From Mobula hypostoma (lineage: Eukaryota): a DNA stretch of 64,000 nucleotides. The notes beneath the pieces were generated by a model. That model was not told the DNA's origin, searched no databases, and saw only the letters and a list, made by a program, of their open reading frames with translations. The position numbers and the translations under genes were made by a program. Positions 1 through 12,430 of the stretch are shown here, piece by piece. The stretch's first letter is position 1, and every line of letters starts with the position of its first letter. Where the stretch lies: NCBI RefSeq assembly GCF_963921235.1, contig NC_086097.1:60886001-60950000 (forward strand). Direction: 5' to 3'.

Positions 1-339
1 CAAGAATGCACCTGCTGGACTACATGCTGAGAACTGCAAGAACTGGCAACATATTGACGAGAAACGAATGCTGTGCTGAAATTATTATCAGTTTCAGCTC
101 GATGATACATAAGGAAGCACAACAATGAACCTCACAACCATGGTTCTCTTTTATAATGTAAATTTCACAAAGAAGAAAATGGCTTGGAGAAATTTCTAGG
201 GTAATTTCTAGGTCTTAAAAGCAGAAAGGATGCCACACAACAGTAGTAAAATCTCACATTATGATAATCATATTTTATTAAAAGGTGGACCAAAAGTATA
301 AAATTTAAATACATTAATTAAGTTGCTGTGTACATACAT

Positions 340-1143
340 CTACTGATGCCTCTGGACACACCTTCAGTGATGTTCCTGGAATCATCGGGTGTTTCGGGTC
401 TTTCAACATCATACACCCTTCTCCAGGTGACCCAGCCGGGGCTGATCAGACCCCAGCTTGTGTCCCGATGGCTAGCTACTTATGGTTCCCCTCTTTTGAG
501 CCACAGCCATCTTGAGGCCCTCTCTGCCGCATCGGTGGTACTGCTGATGGCTCTCCTCTTTCTCTCTCCCTTGATGCCCAAATTGCTAAAGGCTCTGACT
601 AAAGAATGGGCTACGAATTCCCTACATCCAACCTCCACTGGGAGACACCTCGCTCTCCATCCAGCCTGCTGACAGTTGCTGACCAGTCCTGTGTACTTGG
701 AGAGCTTCTTTTCAAAGGACTCTTCCAAGCGATCTTCCCATGGGACTGTCAGCTCCAGCAGCACCACTTAGTAGATTCAGACACAAGGACAATGTCTGGT
801 CACAGGGTGGTGGCTGCGATATGGTTGGGGAACTTCAGCTGCCATTCGAGGTCCACCAACAGCTGCTAGTCCCTTGCAGAGGTCAGGATGCCTGCAGACG
901 TTCTTTTGGCGGGTATTGGCTGCTCCCCAGCTCTGACAAAGGCAATGGTCTGCTTAGAGGGTCGGGACCGCTTCGCCCACTTAACTCCTGCGCTGATGGC
1001 TTCAGTGATGGTCTTCAGGACCTGATCATGCCTCCATCGGTACCGTACCTCACCAAGTGCCCTTGCGCAGCCGCTGAGGATGTGCTCCAGGGTTCCTCGC
1101 TTGGAGCACAGTGGGCACGCAGATGACTCTGACTTGCCCCATG
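340..1143 (-). mobile_element. 3' part of an RLE-type non-LTR retrotransposon (HERO/R2-group-like), decayed
   Basis: Minus strand encodes a CCHC knuckle (CPLCSKRGTLEHILSGC...RYRWRHDQVL) followed by a restriction-like endonuclease region (LLELTVPWEDRLEESFEKKLSKY...PVEVGCR; ORF 480-767), with frameshifts. Confidence 0.8.
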
Positions 1144-1849
1144 TGTGCTTTGCCCAAACAGGTAAATTATTTGGGCAAACATATGTGGTAACAAGCAGAA
1201 TATAAATACTTCAAATATTCAATAGAAATCACCAAGATACATTTAAATTGTTTTAATCTTAAGTTTTGCCAAAGAAAATAACAATAGTACAGTGATTATT
1301 AAAATGCTGCAATAAAAAATATATCCACAGTCATGGGCAAAATAGATGTCAGTACTAAAAGGCTATTAAAATTTTGATCTAGTTAAGCAGTTACATGCTA
1401 CTGGGACAAGATAGAAGGCATTCAAGTGTGAGAGAAATTACATCAGAAGAGAAAAAAAATTCCATGTTGTTGCTTGGTTTAAAAAAAACAGTGCCTGAAG
1501 ATTCTCCTTGTTAGTTCATTTGCAAAGAACAATTCAGTCATGGTTCTCAAAATTAGCTAAACATTAACTCTGTGAAAAGGTATTTGTTTTTCTGGAACTA
1601 ACCCAGCTGTATTTAATGAGAGCAAAGACTTTAACTGCAAGCCAATATTTTTAACAATTAGCCACATTTGATCAATTTTTAATGCTCTATAATTCCCCAT
1701 TTGTGTACAAAGTTGACCAGCTTTCAAGTTAACAGATAATGTCATGCCTCAGAAATATTTGACTCTTTGAAAACATGGGTCAAGTTGCGCAGTACTGTAG
1801 CATTCTAAGTATAAAAGATGACACCTATCCTGTTTGACAGGCCAATAAA

Positions 1850-2125
1850 TATGCAAATACATAGAATGGATCACATAGAGGAATTGTATAGACTATGAGC
1901 TGAGGTCTGGAGTAGATCAGTCATAGAGTCATTGAGCACTACAACACAGAAACAGGTCCTTCAGGCCATCTAGACCATGCTGAACTGCTATTCTGCCTAG
2001 TCCCATAGTCCCCCGTATTACACCCACCCATGTACTTATCCAAACTTATACTTAGCCATGATCATATTGAGTGGTAGGGTAAGTTTGAGGGGCTGAGTGC
2101 CTTAGTTCTGCTCCTAATTCGTTAT
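1850..2125. mobile_element. Short degraded CR1 3'-end remnants in both orientations
   Basis: Resembles the CR1 tails elsewhere in the window (agatcag...ccatgatcatattga...tgctcct), with an opposite-strand tail fragment inside. Confidence 0.5.
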
Positions 2126-2738
2126 GCACTTGTGTTAAGCAGGAAGCCACTCCAAATCTATAAAGGAGTCATTAATGATGCACACACCTGTTGAAGACAT
2201 ATCTGTGGGTTTGCTTACACAAAACTGCAGTAATTTGTGCTCATTATCGCAGTGATGCCTTCTCCAGTTTTGTCACTGCGAATGCTGGCAGTAGACCACA
2301 TTGATAATTGCTCTCAAGTTTAAGCCTCAAGACATATTGCTCAATGGAGAAGGTGGAGCTAGGAGGGCTGATCCAGAAAAGCCCTGGGAAATTGATCTTA
2401 TCAGCCAGAACCGTTATCTTCCCTTCCCCCTCTCCTCTCCTCTTACTCCTGATCTTTTTGGGGACCTAGAATGATCTAGAGCACAAGGAAGTGGATGGGG
2501 GTTGAAAAAAAATCTAGCATCAATGGTGTCACTCAAGCCTGCTTGAAAGGAAATGTGCAGTCAGTAGATCAGGGCTGATAGAAAGGAAAATGTAGCAATG
2601 AATGCAGTGAACCTGGTGAGAGGACAGCAGGAGGGATAGGGAAGGGGAGAGAAATCTTTTAAGGCCATAGCTCCATCACAAATCAAAAAAGACCTCCAAG
2701 GATGTTAATAGCAGGATCTCAGTATAATTGTGACAAAA

Positions 2739-3028
2739 GGGCCGACTGGTGGCGCAATGACATTGGTGCCAGACCCGGGAGCAGACGTTCCCGGGTTTGA
2801 AACCGGTCAGGTCCACTCCCCAATACGCTTTCCATCCGTGCCGGGTTGAGTGTCAGGATCGCAACTCGACCTCGTAAAAGGGAAAAATACTGCGAAAATG
2901 TCTGTGTGGGGAGTGGCGCGCCACAAAACCTCTCTCTCTCTCGTTCGCACCTTGTAAAAAGCCATGAAAAAGACATCATCACACATGCAGATGCACATGC
3001 ACAGACACGCACGCACGCAGGCAAAAAA
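2739..3028 (+). mobile_element. tRNA-derived SINE
   Basis: Pol III A-box-like TGGCGCAATG and B-box-like GGTTTGAAACC; central domain shared with 39145-39197; (CACG)n/oligo-A tail; TSD aattgtgacaaa (2726-2737) / aattgtgtcaaa (3029-3040). Confidence 0.8.
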
Positions 3029-3481
3029 AATTGTGTCAAAGGCTGTAGGATTCATATCATGGTTTGGGAGTCCTGATGTGGTCCCTGTACATCACCCCTC
3101 ATAGCTGAAGCAGAAGTAAATCCTTTATATCTTCCAAGTGAAGCTAAGATATGCAACATGCTTCTGGAAGACCAAACACGGGAAAGGATCCCTGTACAAA
3201 AGCATTTTCACACCATAGAATGTCCATCCTGTTATTTGCCGCTGGTTCAGGAAACACTATTAGCTAATCAATGTAATCACCTTTCCTCCACAGTCGCTGT
3301 TTCAAGATCCAGCCCATCTCTGTGGGTAGAATAAATTTCAGCAGGATTAAAGGACAAAGCAGCTTGGCAGTGACTAGAAACTCCAGAAGTGCCAGCCGTA
3401 CAGTGCAATGGTCCCACAAGAAATTCAGCAGCCTTGAAAGAAAAGCTAGGAAGGTCAGAAAGGGTCAACTCATTTTTACAC

Positions 3482-3695
3482 ACAGGAGATTCTGCAGATG
3501 CTGGAAACCTAGAGTAGCACAGATATAGTGCTGGTAAAATTCAGCATCTACGGAAGGGAATAAAGAGTCAGCATACTGGGCTGAGACCCTTCTTCAGGGC
3601 ATAATGAATCCTGATGAAGGGTCTTGACCCAAAATTTTAACACTATTTTGCTTTCCATACATGCTGCCTGACCTCCAGCATTTTATGTGTGTGAC
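3482..3695. mobile_element. Two Penelope-terminal-repeat-derived fragments in inverted arrangement
   Basis: ctgcagatgctgg...gagacccttcttcagg followed by its reverse-sense partner cctgatgaagggtcttgaccc...ccagcatttt; homologous to 56161-56290. Confidence 0.7.
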
Positions 3696-4113
3696 TCATT
3701 ATTATGCATTGTTATCAAGATGAAGTATTTCAGCATTTGCATCACCTCTTTATGTCTCCACAGTCACATATCATCCAGGTCTCAGAACTTCACCAGTTCA
3801 CATTTCAGACTTCATAGTGTTTATGATGAAGCCCAAAAACTGAAGAATTGAGGATTTTATATTATTAATATCTTCCTAGTTAAATATGTTCTTGCTTCTA
3901 TGGGAGAGAGCTTCAATTGACAAGAAAGCAGATTAGGTAAATGCTAAAATTGTTGTCACTTGGTATTTGTGATGAGGAAGCAGGACAAGACTAAATAGTA
4001 GAGATGACAGTGTAACCTTTCCTTTATGCCATTCTGTTCATTAACAGAACTCTTGCCTGTGAAAGTTTATGTCAGTATTTTAGTGCAGGAGGCTTAGCAC
4101 CAGTAAGCAGGAG

Positions 4114-4185
4114 TCAATGGTCAATATGAATAATGGTCAATGGTCAATAATGGTCAATAATGAATAATGGTCAATAATGGTCAAT
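4114..4185. repeat. Imperfect tandem repeat of (AATGGTCAAT)-like units
   Basis: aatggtcaat / taatggtcaa units repeated several times with aatg interruptions. Confidence 0.85.
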
Positions 4186-4299
4186 AAAAATAAATGATAG
4201 TGGTTAACTTGCTTAGAATTCCATCATATTTACAAAGACTTTTCTTCATGGAGAGATCAATTACCTTGCCTGAATGGCCAAACCATTGAATTCTCAATG

Positions 4300-5140
4300 A
4301 ATTCAAATTATATTTATTATCAAAGCATGTATACAGTAGGCAACTCTGCACTTCGTCTTCCCACAGACAGCCAAGAAATGAAGAAACATGGAACATGGAA
4401 CCCGTTGAAAGAAAAAGATATCGACAACCACCATGCAGAAAAAAGCACAAATGGCAACAAACATCAACCCCCGTGCAAAAATTAAATCATGCTAATGGCA
4501 ACAGGAACTTTACCCCACCCCCCACCCCCCGCTGGTGCAAATGGCTACAAGTAAGAACATGCAAAAACACAGAAAATAGAACACAAAATCAAAAGAGTCT
4601 ATATTCAGTTCAGCTTGGTGTTCTGGAGGCCACCCCAATTCAAAGTCACCCAGAATAGTAAAATAGTAACAGAAAATAGTCTAATCCACAAACCTCAGAT
4701 GCAGAACTTCATTTCCATCCTCCGATAGCTTTGAGGGAAAAATCGAGACCATTCGAATGCAGGGTTTTGCCTTGGGAGCAGTGAGTGAGAGGGAGAGAGA
4801 GACCATCATATGCAGACACATTCCTTCAGCAGCAGTGAGCAAGAGGCTGGTTCACGGTGCTGAACACTCACCTTGATGATTGAAATCTTCCTTGATACTT
4901 TAATCAGTGAGATCAGTGAGAAATTGAGTCAAACATGGGCTCGCACTCCAGCTCTAGGCTTCCTGGTCTCGAGGCCACTCACCTCCCGGAACATTCTTGG
5001 AGACAGCAATGCATCAGATCACTCAATCGGTCACATTTAAAAGAAAAAGAAGCCATAAAAGAAGTGAAAGAAACTGTTTTGTGGACCATCTGGAGAATTT
5101 CACCTGTAGTAGCATTGTTTACTGGCTTCCTCTTCTGGAC
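4300..5140 (-). mobile_element. Non-coding interspersed repeat (probable LINE-dependent non-autonomous element)
   Basis: Begins with the ttcaaa...tttattatcaaag tail motif also seen at ~55780; no coding motifs; family unassigned. Confidence 0.4.
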
Positions 5141-5757
5141 TTCAACAATGTTAGTATTTCAATGGGATAAGATTACCCAGAACAATAAACATGGTGGTGG
5201 GAAAGCTGGGAACAGTAACATGCCTGTTATGAAAAAGAACAATGTTACCTCTTGTGTTGGACGGTGCTTTATGCAAAAGTTTTCCGTGTTGTCTTTCCAG
5301 AGCAGTGATGACAATTAATTTGGTGCAGAGTGCTTTGGGACACAAAATACACAATAAGGTGCTGCATAAGTATGAATTCTTCCTTCTTACTGATTATGAA
5401 ATTGAAGTTAATATAGTTTTCATAAATACTTAATGTCTGGAACATTCTTTTATTTAATATTTTGTGAATTGGAAATGACTTTTGTTAATTTTGAGGACTG
5501 CCGTGGTGTGAGTATATAAAGACACTCTAATTACACAATCTGAAAAAATATCAAATAAAAGGCAAAGAAATATGAAAAACATTCAACTGGGAAAAAGAAA
5601 TAGATTTCATGAGACAGTGTTTTGTAAAGAGTCCTTCAACGAACAAAAATCACTAGTTCGATTACAATTTAGCTGTTCAGATGAAGGCTCAAAGTCATTG
5701 CTTAACAAAAATTATCAAGGGCTTCATATATTGAAATATAACACACGTTATTAATGT

Positions 5758-6810
5758 CCACTTTATTAGGTACATCTGGACATTTGCTCATTAACGTAAA
5801 TATCTCATCAGTCAATCATGTGGCTGCAGATATAAAAGTGTGCAGACATGGTCAAGAGGTTCAGTTGTTGTTCAGACCAAACAACAGAATGGGAAAAAAA
5901 TGTGATCTAAGTAAGTTTGACCGTGGAATGATTTTTGGTGCCAGAAGGGCTGGTTTGAGTCATTCAGTAACTGCTGATCCCCTGGGATTTTCATGCACAA
6001 CTATTTCTAGAGTTTACCGAAAATGGTGCAAAAAACAATCAACATCCAGTGAGTGCCAGTTCTGTAGGTGAAAGTGCCGTGTTAATAACTGTCCACCATC
6101 GGGTTTTGGTGAGGGTTGCGTGCCCTTTTGAAGGTGTGGACTTTAAAAATCAGAAGACAGGCTGCAACAGCATATTCAATGCAAAGGTTGTTATTGTGTG
6201 CCAAAGATAGAAAACTTTTAGAAATAGGGCAAAAATCTTTACAGTGGGAAAAATGGCAAATTAGCAAAAATGACAGAAGAGGAAATTACAGATATATGCC
6301 ATCAGAACTTTAGGACAACAGCTCCCAAACTTCAGTCTGAAAGTAATACATCTTCCCACACTCTCTTATCTCTTCCCTTAACAAAAGAGAACTGTAATCA
6401 GCAATCTTTTCATGCTAGAAAGGGAATAGCCCATTCTTTGGAATGTGGGTGGTGCAAAGAAGTTGTTAGCATAAGCCTGAATAATTGCACAAAACTAAAA
6501 TACAAGAATTCACAGCCTTCTTCACAGTCACAAATGTCCACTAATACATTTATCACAATGACATTGTGCAATAAAACCAATCAACTAACCATTTTCCGGG
6601 AGCCTGCATTCTTCCCCATGTTAGAGGAGAATGCCTAGACTGGTTCAAGCTGGAGGGAAAATGAGGGGAACTCAAGTAACCATGTGTTACAACAATGATT
6701 TGCAGAAGAGTGTCTCTGAATGCACAATACATTGAACTTTGAAGTGGATGGGCTGCATCAGCCGAAAATCCCATGAACATGCACTCACTCCTTTGCCACT
6801 TTATTAGGTA
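5758..6810 (+). mobile_element. Tc1-like transposase N-terminal remnant, split by a ~535 bp insert
   Basis: MGKKCDLSKFDRGMIFGARRAGLS...SRVYRKWC (paired-like HTH of Tc1) at ~5889-6085; continues at ~6620-6780; 15-bp direct repeat ccactttattaggta at 5758-5772 and 6796-6810. Confidence 0.75.
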
Positions 6811-7219
6811 TTTTTATTCTTTAGAAAATGTCAATTTCTATATAATGATAAAGAGACCAAATAATTACTATGAAGGATTGTTTTCCAATTAATCAGCCTG
6901 ACAGTATTTAAATCATATTGTGTTCTCCCACGTGCAATTTGGTGAATCAAACCCACATACCACAGTTCTAGTATGATACTTTCCTTGTCAATATCCCCTG
7001 CTTGACTCTCATGGGTTTGTTTTGCTTCTGCTGGGGATTTGAAGATGGCTGCAATTTTTGCTTCCTTCGCAGAGGTTATTTAGTTTTATAAGACTTCACC
7101 ACCACCCCCCCCCCCGCCATAGTTGCGAATGTAGGTAATTCAATAATAATATTCTTATTTCTCTCTCACTATTCACTGAGTTTTTCATTTCTACTTGATT
7201 TCTGTGCTGTATCTCGCAG

Positions 7220-7307
7220 GCATCTGGAAAAAAGAATAGACCTGGTTGTTAAACAACTACTCAATGCTCTGGAAGAGAGAGGCCATTGTCAACAAGAAGG
7301 TTACATT
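7220..7307 (+). other. Possible isolated coding exon (unassigned)
   Basis: Pyrimidine tract + cgcag acceptor, gtgagt donor; one open frame HLEKRIDLVVKQLLNALEERGHCQQEGYI. No homology recognised. Confidence 0.2.
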
Positions 7308-7599
7308 GTGAGTCCTCCTTAGGCATCTGGTAATGGTCAATAAGACCTTCAGCGTGTGGCTTATGGGAATAAACCTTTTTGTGGTAAACAGGAATAAACC
7401 TTTTTGTGAGGAACAGGGCCTACTGCTGTTGTGGATTTCTGGAGTTCAATATGAAGTCAAGAAAATTATGTGTTTGCTGTCAATCTCACCTTACGCTAAC
7501 AGAGTGTACACAATTCTCAGATCACTCCAGGCAATTGTTCCTGCTGTTCTCTGGTAAGGAAGAAGGACGTGAAGATCCTGAGAAAGTGCAGAACAAGTA

Positions 7600-8030
7600 A
7601 ACAATAAGATGCAACATCGTAATGATGATTGTGAGTTGAAGTGTCTACCTTATCATACTAGGAAGCTATTTAATACTTACAACAGTGGGATAGAAGCTGT
7701 CCCTAAGCCTAGTGATATGTGCTTTCAGGTATTTTTGACTTTTACCTGATAGAAGAGGGAAGAAAAGAGCATGGAGGGGAGGCTGGTTTCTGTAATGTGC
7801 TGAATTTTGTCCACAACTCTCTAGAATTTCTTGCAGTCACATTCAGAGTTGTTGCTATTCCAAGCTTTGGTGCATCTGGATAGGAGGCTTTCTGTGGTGC
7901 ATTGAGATAAATTGATAAGTTTCAATTGGGACATTGTTTAGCCTTCTCAGAAAGTAAAGGCATTGGTGAACTTCTCGCCCATGGCATCTATCTGTTGGAC
8001 CAGGACAGGCTATTGGCGATGGTCAGCCTG
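7600..8030 (-). mobile_element. Degraded Rex1/Babar-like LINE 3' fragment
   Basis: Similar to 17290-17720 (agaagctgtcc..., ttctcagaaagtaaaggcattggtg). Confidence 0.6.
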
Positions 8031-8749
8031 AACTTGTTGGTCTGAAGCGCCTGTATCTATGTTATGCTGCTCTCTGACTCCAGAGGTATTTAAATGCCTC
8101 CTATGTTCAACTAGAGGTTTTTCATTTGTTAAAATTTTTCATGAGTGTCCCTATAATGATATTTACTCATTGCATTTCCATGACTAGGCCATGCTGTTAT
8201 AGTCTGGGAAACTCCAGAGAGTGTATTCAGCTCTGCTGAGTTAGAGTTAAAAATACACATGGACTAAGATGTTAACTGTCCTGTGCTATCACCAGTAGGA
8301 TCATCAGTTGATCTGCCACCTGTCTTCAGGAGTTTCGGCCCACTTATGAACAAGGCTCCCTCGAGGTGGTGGGCCGAGAATGTGAGTAATGAGACCTGAT
8401 GGTGGAATGGGAAAGGTGAGGATCTAATTCTCAACCACAAGACACCTTAAGGCTTTAGAAGCTTATCCAAATGATAAATATCATTCTTCTGATCCATCAT
8501 CAACAAATTACTGTGGATCCCTTTAAACAATCCAGATGGCCAGGTTCTTCCTGATTCCAACTGTTAGGTGCTTAATACAGGAACTAATGTTACAGCTCGC
8601 CTGCTCTGTGTACTTTAGCCATGCACATACAGTTCCTTTTTAGCCATCTATGATAACTGCCAATTGGTGGAAGTTACATTAAAGATGAGTGCTGTGCAAA
8701 ATTTTGGTAGCACACTGGCATCTAGAGCACTAATCTGTTGGTCTCTGTG

Positions 8750-9200
8750 GCCATGTAGAGCATTGAAACAGGTCCTTCAGCCCAACACATCCATGCTGAC
8801 CAATGCCCCTTCCTGAGTTACTCTCTTTTGTTTGCATTTATCCCACAATTCTCCAAACATTTCCCATCAATGTACCCATCCAAATGGTCTATGAAACATA
8901 ATTGAACAATGGAACCTGCCTCAAACACTTTCACTGTGCATTCATTCCATATACCCTCCACCTGACAAAACAAAGCCTGACCCTTAGGCCTCATTGTATT
9001 ACTTCCTCATCACCCTAATTCTTTAGTTTTAGACTCCCTTACTCTGGATAAAATAATGTGACCATTCAGCTCATCTATGATCATCATGTTTTTATTAAGT
9101 TCTCTGAGGTTGTCCCTCAGTCTCTATCTCCCTAGGGAAGCATTCCCAGTCTATATCTCTTTTTAATTCAAGCCCTTCCATCCAGGTAGTATACTTGTGA
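8750..9200 (-). mobile_element. Degraded CR1 3' end
   Basis: aaacaggtccttcagccc...tccatgctgacc tail motif and degenerate ORF2 C-terminus. Confidence 0.55.
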
Positions 9201-9339
9201 ATCCTGATTTCATGGAGAATGTTATGCAGAGCGGTGAGTTGTGCCATTTTTTAAAAAAACTTCAAATAATTTCATATATTTTATTGCTGGTATTGTGTTG
9301 GATTTAAACAATTTAGCCATTGTTTCCTTGATTTGAATG

Positions 9340-10260
9340 GTTTTCTTAAGAGGAAATAGTGCTTGACAAGTCAGGTGGAATTCTTTGAGGAAATAACAGG
9401 CAGGATAATCAAAGGGGATAACAGTGGATGCTGTTTACTTGGATTTTCAGAAGGCCTTTAACAAGGTGCCACACACGAGGCTGCTAAACAGGATAAGAAA
9501 CCATGGTATTACAGGAAAGATACCAACATGGATAGTAGATTGGCTGACTGGCAGGAGGGAAAGAATGGGAATAAAGGTGAACCTTTCTAGTTGGCTGCCA
9601 TTGACTAGTGGTGCTCCACAGGGATTGGTGTTCAGAGTGATTCTTTTCACATTGTATGTCAGTGCTTTGGATGATGGAATTGATAGCTTAGTGGCCAAGT
9701 TTGTGGACGATACAAAAATAGGTGGAATCGCAATTAGTTTTGAGGAAGCAGAGAGGCTGCAGAAGGACTTAGATAGATTAGAATGGGCAAGAATTGGCAG
9801 ATGGAATAGAGTGTCTAGAAGTGTATGGTTATGCACTTTGGTAGACGGAATAAAGGCATAGTCTATTTTCTAAACAGGGAGAGCATTCAGAAATCAGAGG
9901 TGAAAAGGGACTTGTGAGTCCTTGTACAGTCCTTGTGCCTCCCAGTGGTAAGAAAGACAAATGCAACGTTAGCATTCATTTCAAAACGACTAGAATATAA
10001 AAGCAAAGATGTGAAAGCCTCAGAATAGAGGGATGTTCCTTTAGAACGGAGATGAGGCAGAATTTCTTTAGCCAGATGGTGGTAAATATGTGGAATTTAT
10101 TGCCACAAACTTGGAGGCCAACTTATTGGTTATATTTCAAGTGGAGGATGATAGGTTCTTGATTAGTCAGGATGTCAAATATTAAAGGGAGAAGAATAGG
10201 GTTGAGAGGAATACTAAATTAGCCAATTGGCCTAATTCTGTTCTTCAGTCTTATGTTGTT
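9340..10260 (+). mobile_element. CR1 LINE RT fragment with internal deletion
   Basis: ORF 9424-9861 DAVYLDFQKAFNKVPH...SGAPQG...KFVDDTK; jumps near 10015 to the ORF2 C-terminus and tail. Confidence 0.9.
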
Positions 10261-11699
10261 ATTGCTCTTGGTCTTAGAGAGTGATCCCTACTGCAAGCTG
10301 CGAGTGGGGAGTGAAGGATGTGCTTAGTAGTAGGATCCAAGTGTTGCTCAGAATTCCCAGCATCTCTTGTATTTATTACCCTCTACAATCTTTTAATACC
10401 TGAAGAAGTGGTGCAGGATCTGATCATACACCAAGGTCTTACTACACTCAAAGGCACATAGAGCTCAGTCTTTCTTGTGGGACAGATATTAACTGCTTCT
10501 CTTTCTACACACACTGCTTGACTTGCTGAGTTTTTGTTTAACCTTCAATATCAAATGAATGGTTCACCATTGTACTCCAGCCCTCTCTGGTTTAACTCTA
10601 AAGTGCTGGATGTGAAGTGCATCCAGTCCCTTTCCTTGTCTTCTCAGCGCTTCACTGGGTTCTATGTGACTTCCATGTTGCTTTGCACTCCTGAATGGGC
10701 ATGAGGGTAGAGGTGAACTAAGCTCCAGATATGTCAGAACATTCACTACCCCATTCAACCATTGACGTCTATTAGCTGAGTTCAGCACATCAATACAGGT
10801 AAGTTAATACAGACTGTAGAGGTGTCATTATTTTCTTACTGTAGTCGTCAGCATGAACTGGAAGAGGAGAAAAATGCTTATGCTTTCTGATAGCATTATT
10901 TTTAAAAATAATCATATCTAAAATATGCAGAGCTGTATAATAGAATAGGACATGGGATTTTAATATCATAGATAGGATTTTTATAAAAGAAGTGCTGAGA
11001 TTTACTAAACCTATTTATCTGTTTAATGCTAAAGTGAACAGAACAATGTGTACAGATGGCAGTACAGAGGTTCATCGATGCTCCTGTGCTAACTGAAGAT
11101 TATTTTTTGTCTGCAGATTCCACTGCTTCCACTTATCCATTCCCTACGAAGGACTATGATCATGAATAATACATCCCTATGTAGCATGAAAAATTCATAC
11201 CACATCCTTCTATACCAATTTACTCTTCCTGCACAGAAATGAACAGATTGAACAGAGACAGAGACTCGGTATAATATACTCTCTCTGCTGTAATACCCAG
11301 ATTAGTAGGGCAAGATCCCAAGAATGATTTCAGGTAGCCAAGACAATCAAGCATAGTTTAGTCAATTAATTATACTGGGAAACTTGGTTAATCTGCCATA
11401 CTGAGTGAATTCATGTACTGATAGGTTATGCCGATACCATTTTGGATTAACATAAAATATATCTAAATGCTGATGAAAAGTTTAAGAAAAATATAATAAG
11501 GCTTAGAATTGTTTGTATTGCAGTGGAGGTTATTACTGGTGATATCACACTCTCAGAGGAATTAACGCAAACTCCAAAATGGAAAGCCTACTTAATGCAT
11601 GTTACAAAAAGGATCACTGAGTTAGCAAGTAAGTTCCACCTCAAAACTTTTTAGGTGCTTGTTGTTTTGAAATACTTACTCCATAAGAAAGACTGTAGA

Positions 11700-12430
11700 G
11701 AAAATCCATCCAAATTCTCATCCTCAGTTTCTGTAAGGAACTGACTACTCTGCAGCTTTATTGAGTGACTGAAAGATATTTGATGCAAAGACTGACTCGA
11801 TTATAACAATGGGGATGGAATTATTGATATCAATAGGTTCAGTGGATGTGTTAAACTGAGGCAAGTGGATTTCAATAAAAGCAAATGAGAAGTTAAGTTT
11901 GGAACTCACCAGGGGAGATCCAAAGATCCTTGGAGGTCTTCACACATTGATTATTTAAGCACCACGGGTTGCTACAGCAAATAACCAAAAAGGTTAACAG
12001 AAAGCAGACCAGAATATAAGGGCCCAGATATGATTTAAAAACTGTAAAAAAATGAAGAGTAGCTAGTTCTGGACATAATAAAAAGGATTAAATCACTGAA
12101 GATTATGCAAAGTAGAACCGTGTTTTCTGAAATTTAGAAGGTTAAGGACTTATTTATTTAAAGATTTCAAAGCATCGATGTGAACTGGGAAAGCAAGGAG
12201 AGATCTAGGAAGTTACAAGTAAAAAAAAAGAACAGGATCATTTAAGATTGAAGTGAGGGCACACTTCTATATGTAAGGGTGGTTGAAATTTAGAATTCTC
12301 TTCAAAAAATAGCAATGAATTTGAGTTCAAATCTTCACTTTACATCAAAGTACAACAGATTTTGGTTAAAGACCAGAGGACAAATGTGTATATTGATGTA
12401 CAAGTATCAAGACAATAGATGGCCATTCTT
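11700..12430 (+). mobile_element. Old, heavily decayed CR1 RT/3' remnant
   Basis: Scattered CR1-like words (gtggatgtg..., ttttctgaaatttagaaggttaagg, ttctatatgtaagggtggttgaaatttagaattctct). Confidence 0.4.

Noticed and set aside
360..420. Hammerhead ribozyme in the 3' UTR of the RLE element (CCCGAAAC present on the minus strand)
   Set aside because: There is no CUGANGA box in the correct position and no supporting helices.
2739..2815. tRNA gene
   Set aside because: It has A/B boxes but no convincing cloverleaf and continues into a SINE body with tail and TSD.
4114..4185. Repeated AATGGTCAAT units as a CRISPR-like array
   Set aside because: Units are about 10 nt, directly adjacent and have no unique spacers; the context is eukaryotic. 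It is a simple tandem repeat.
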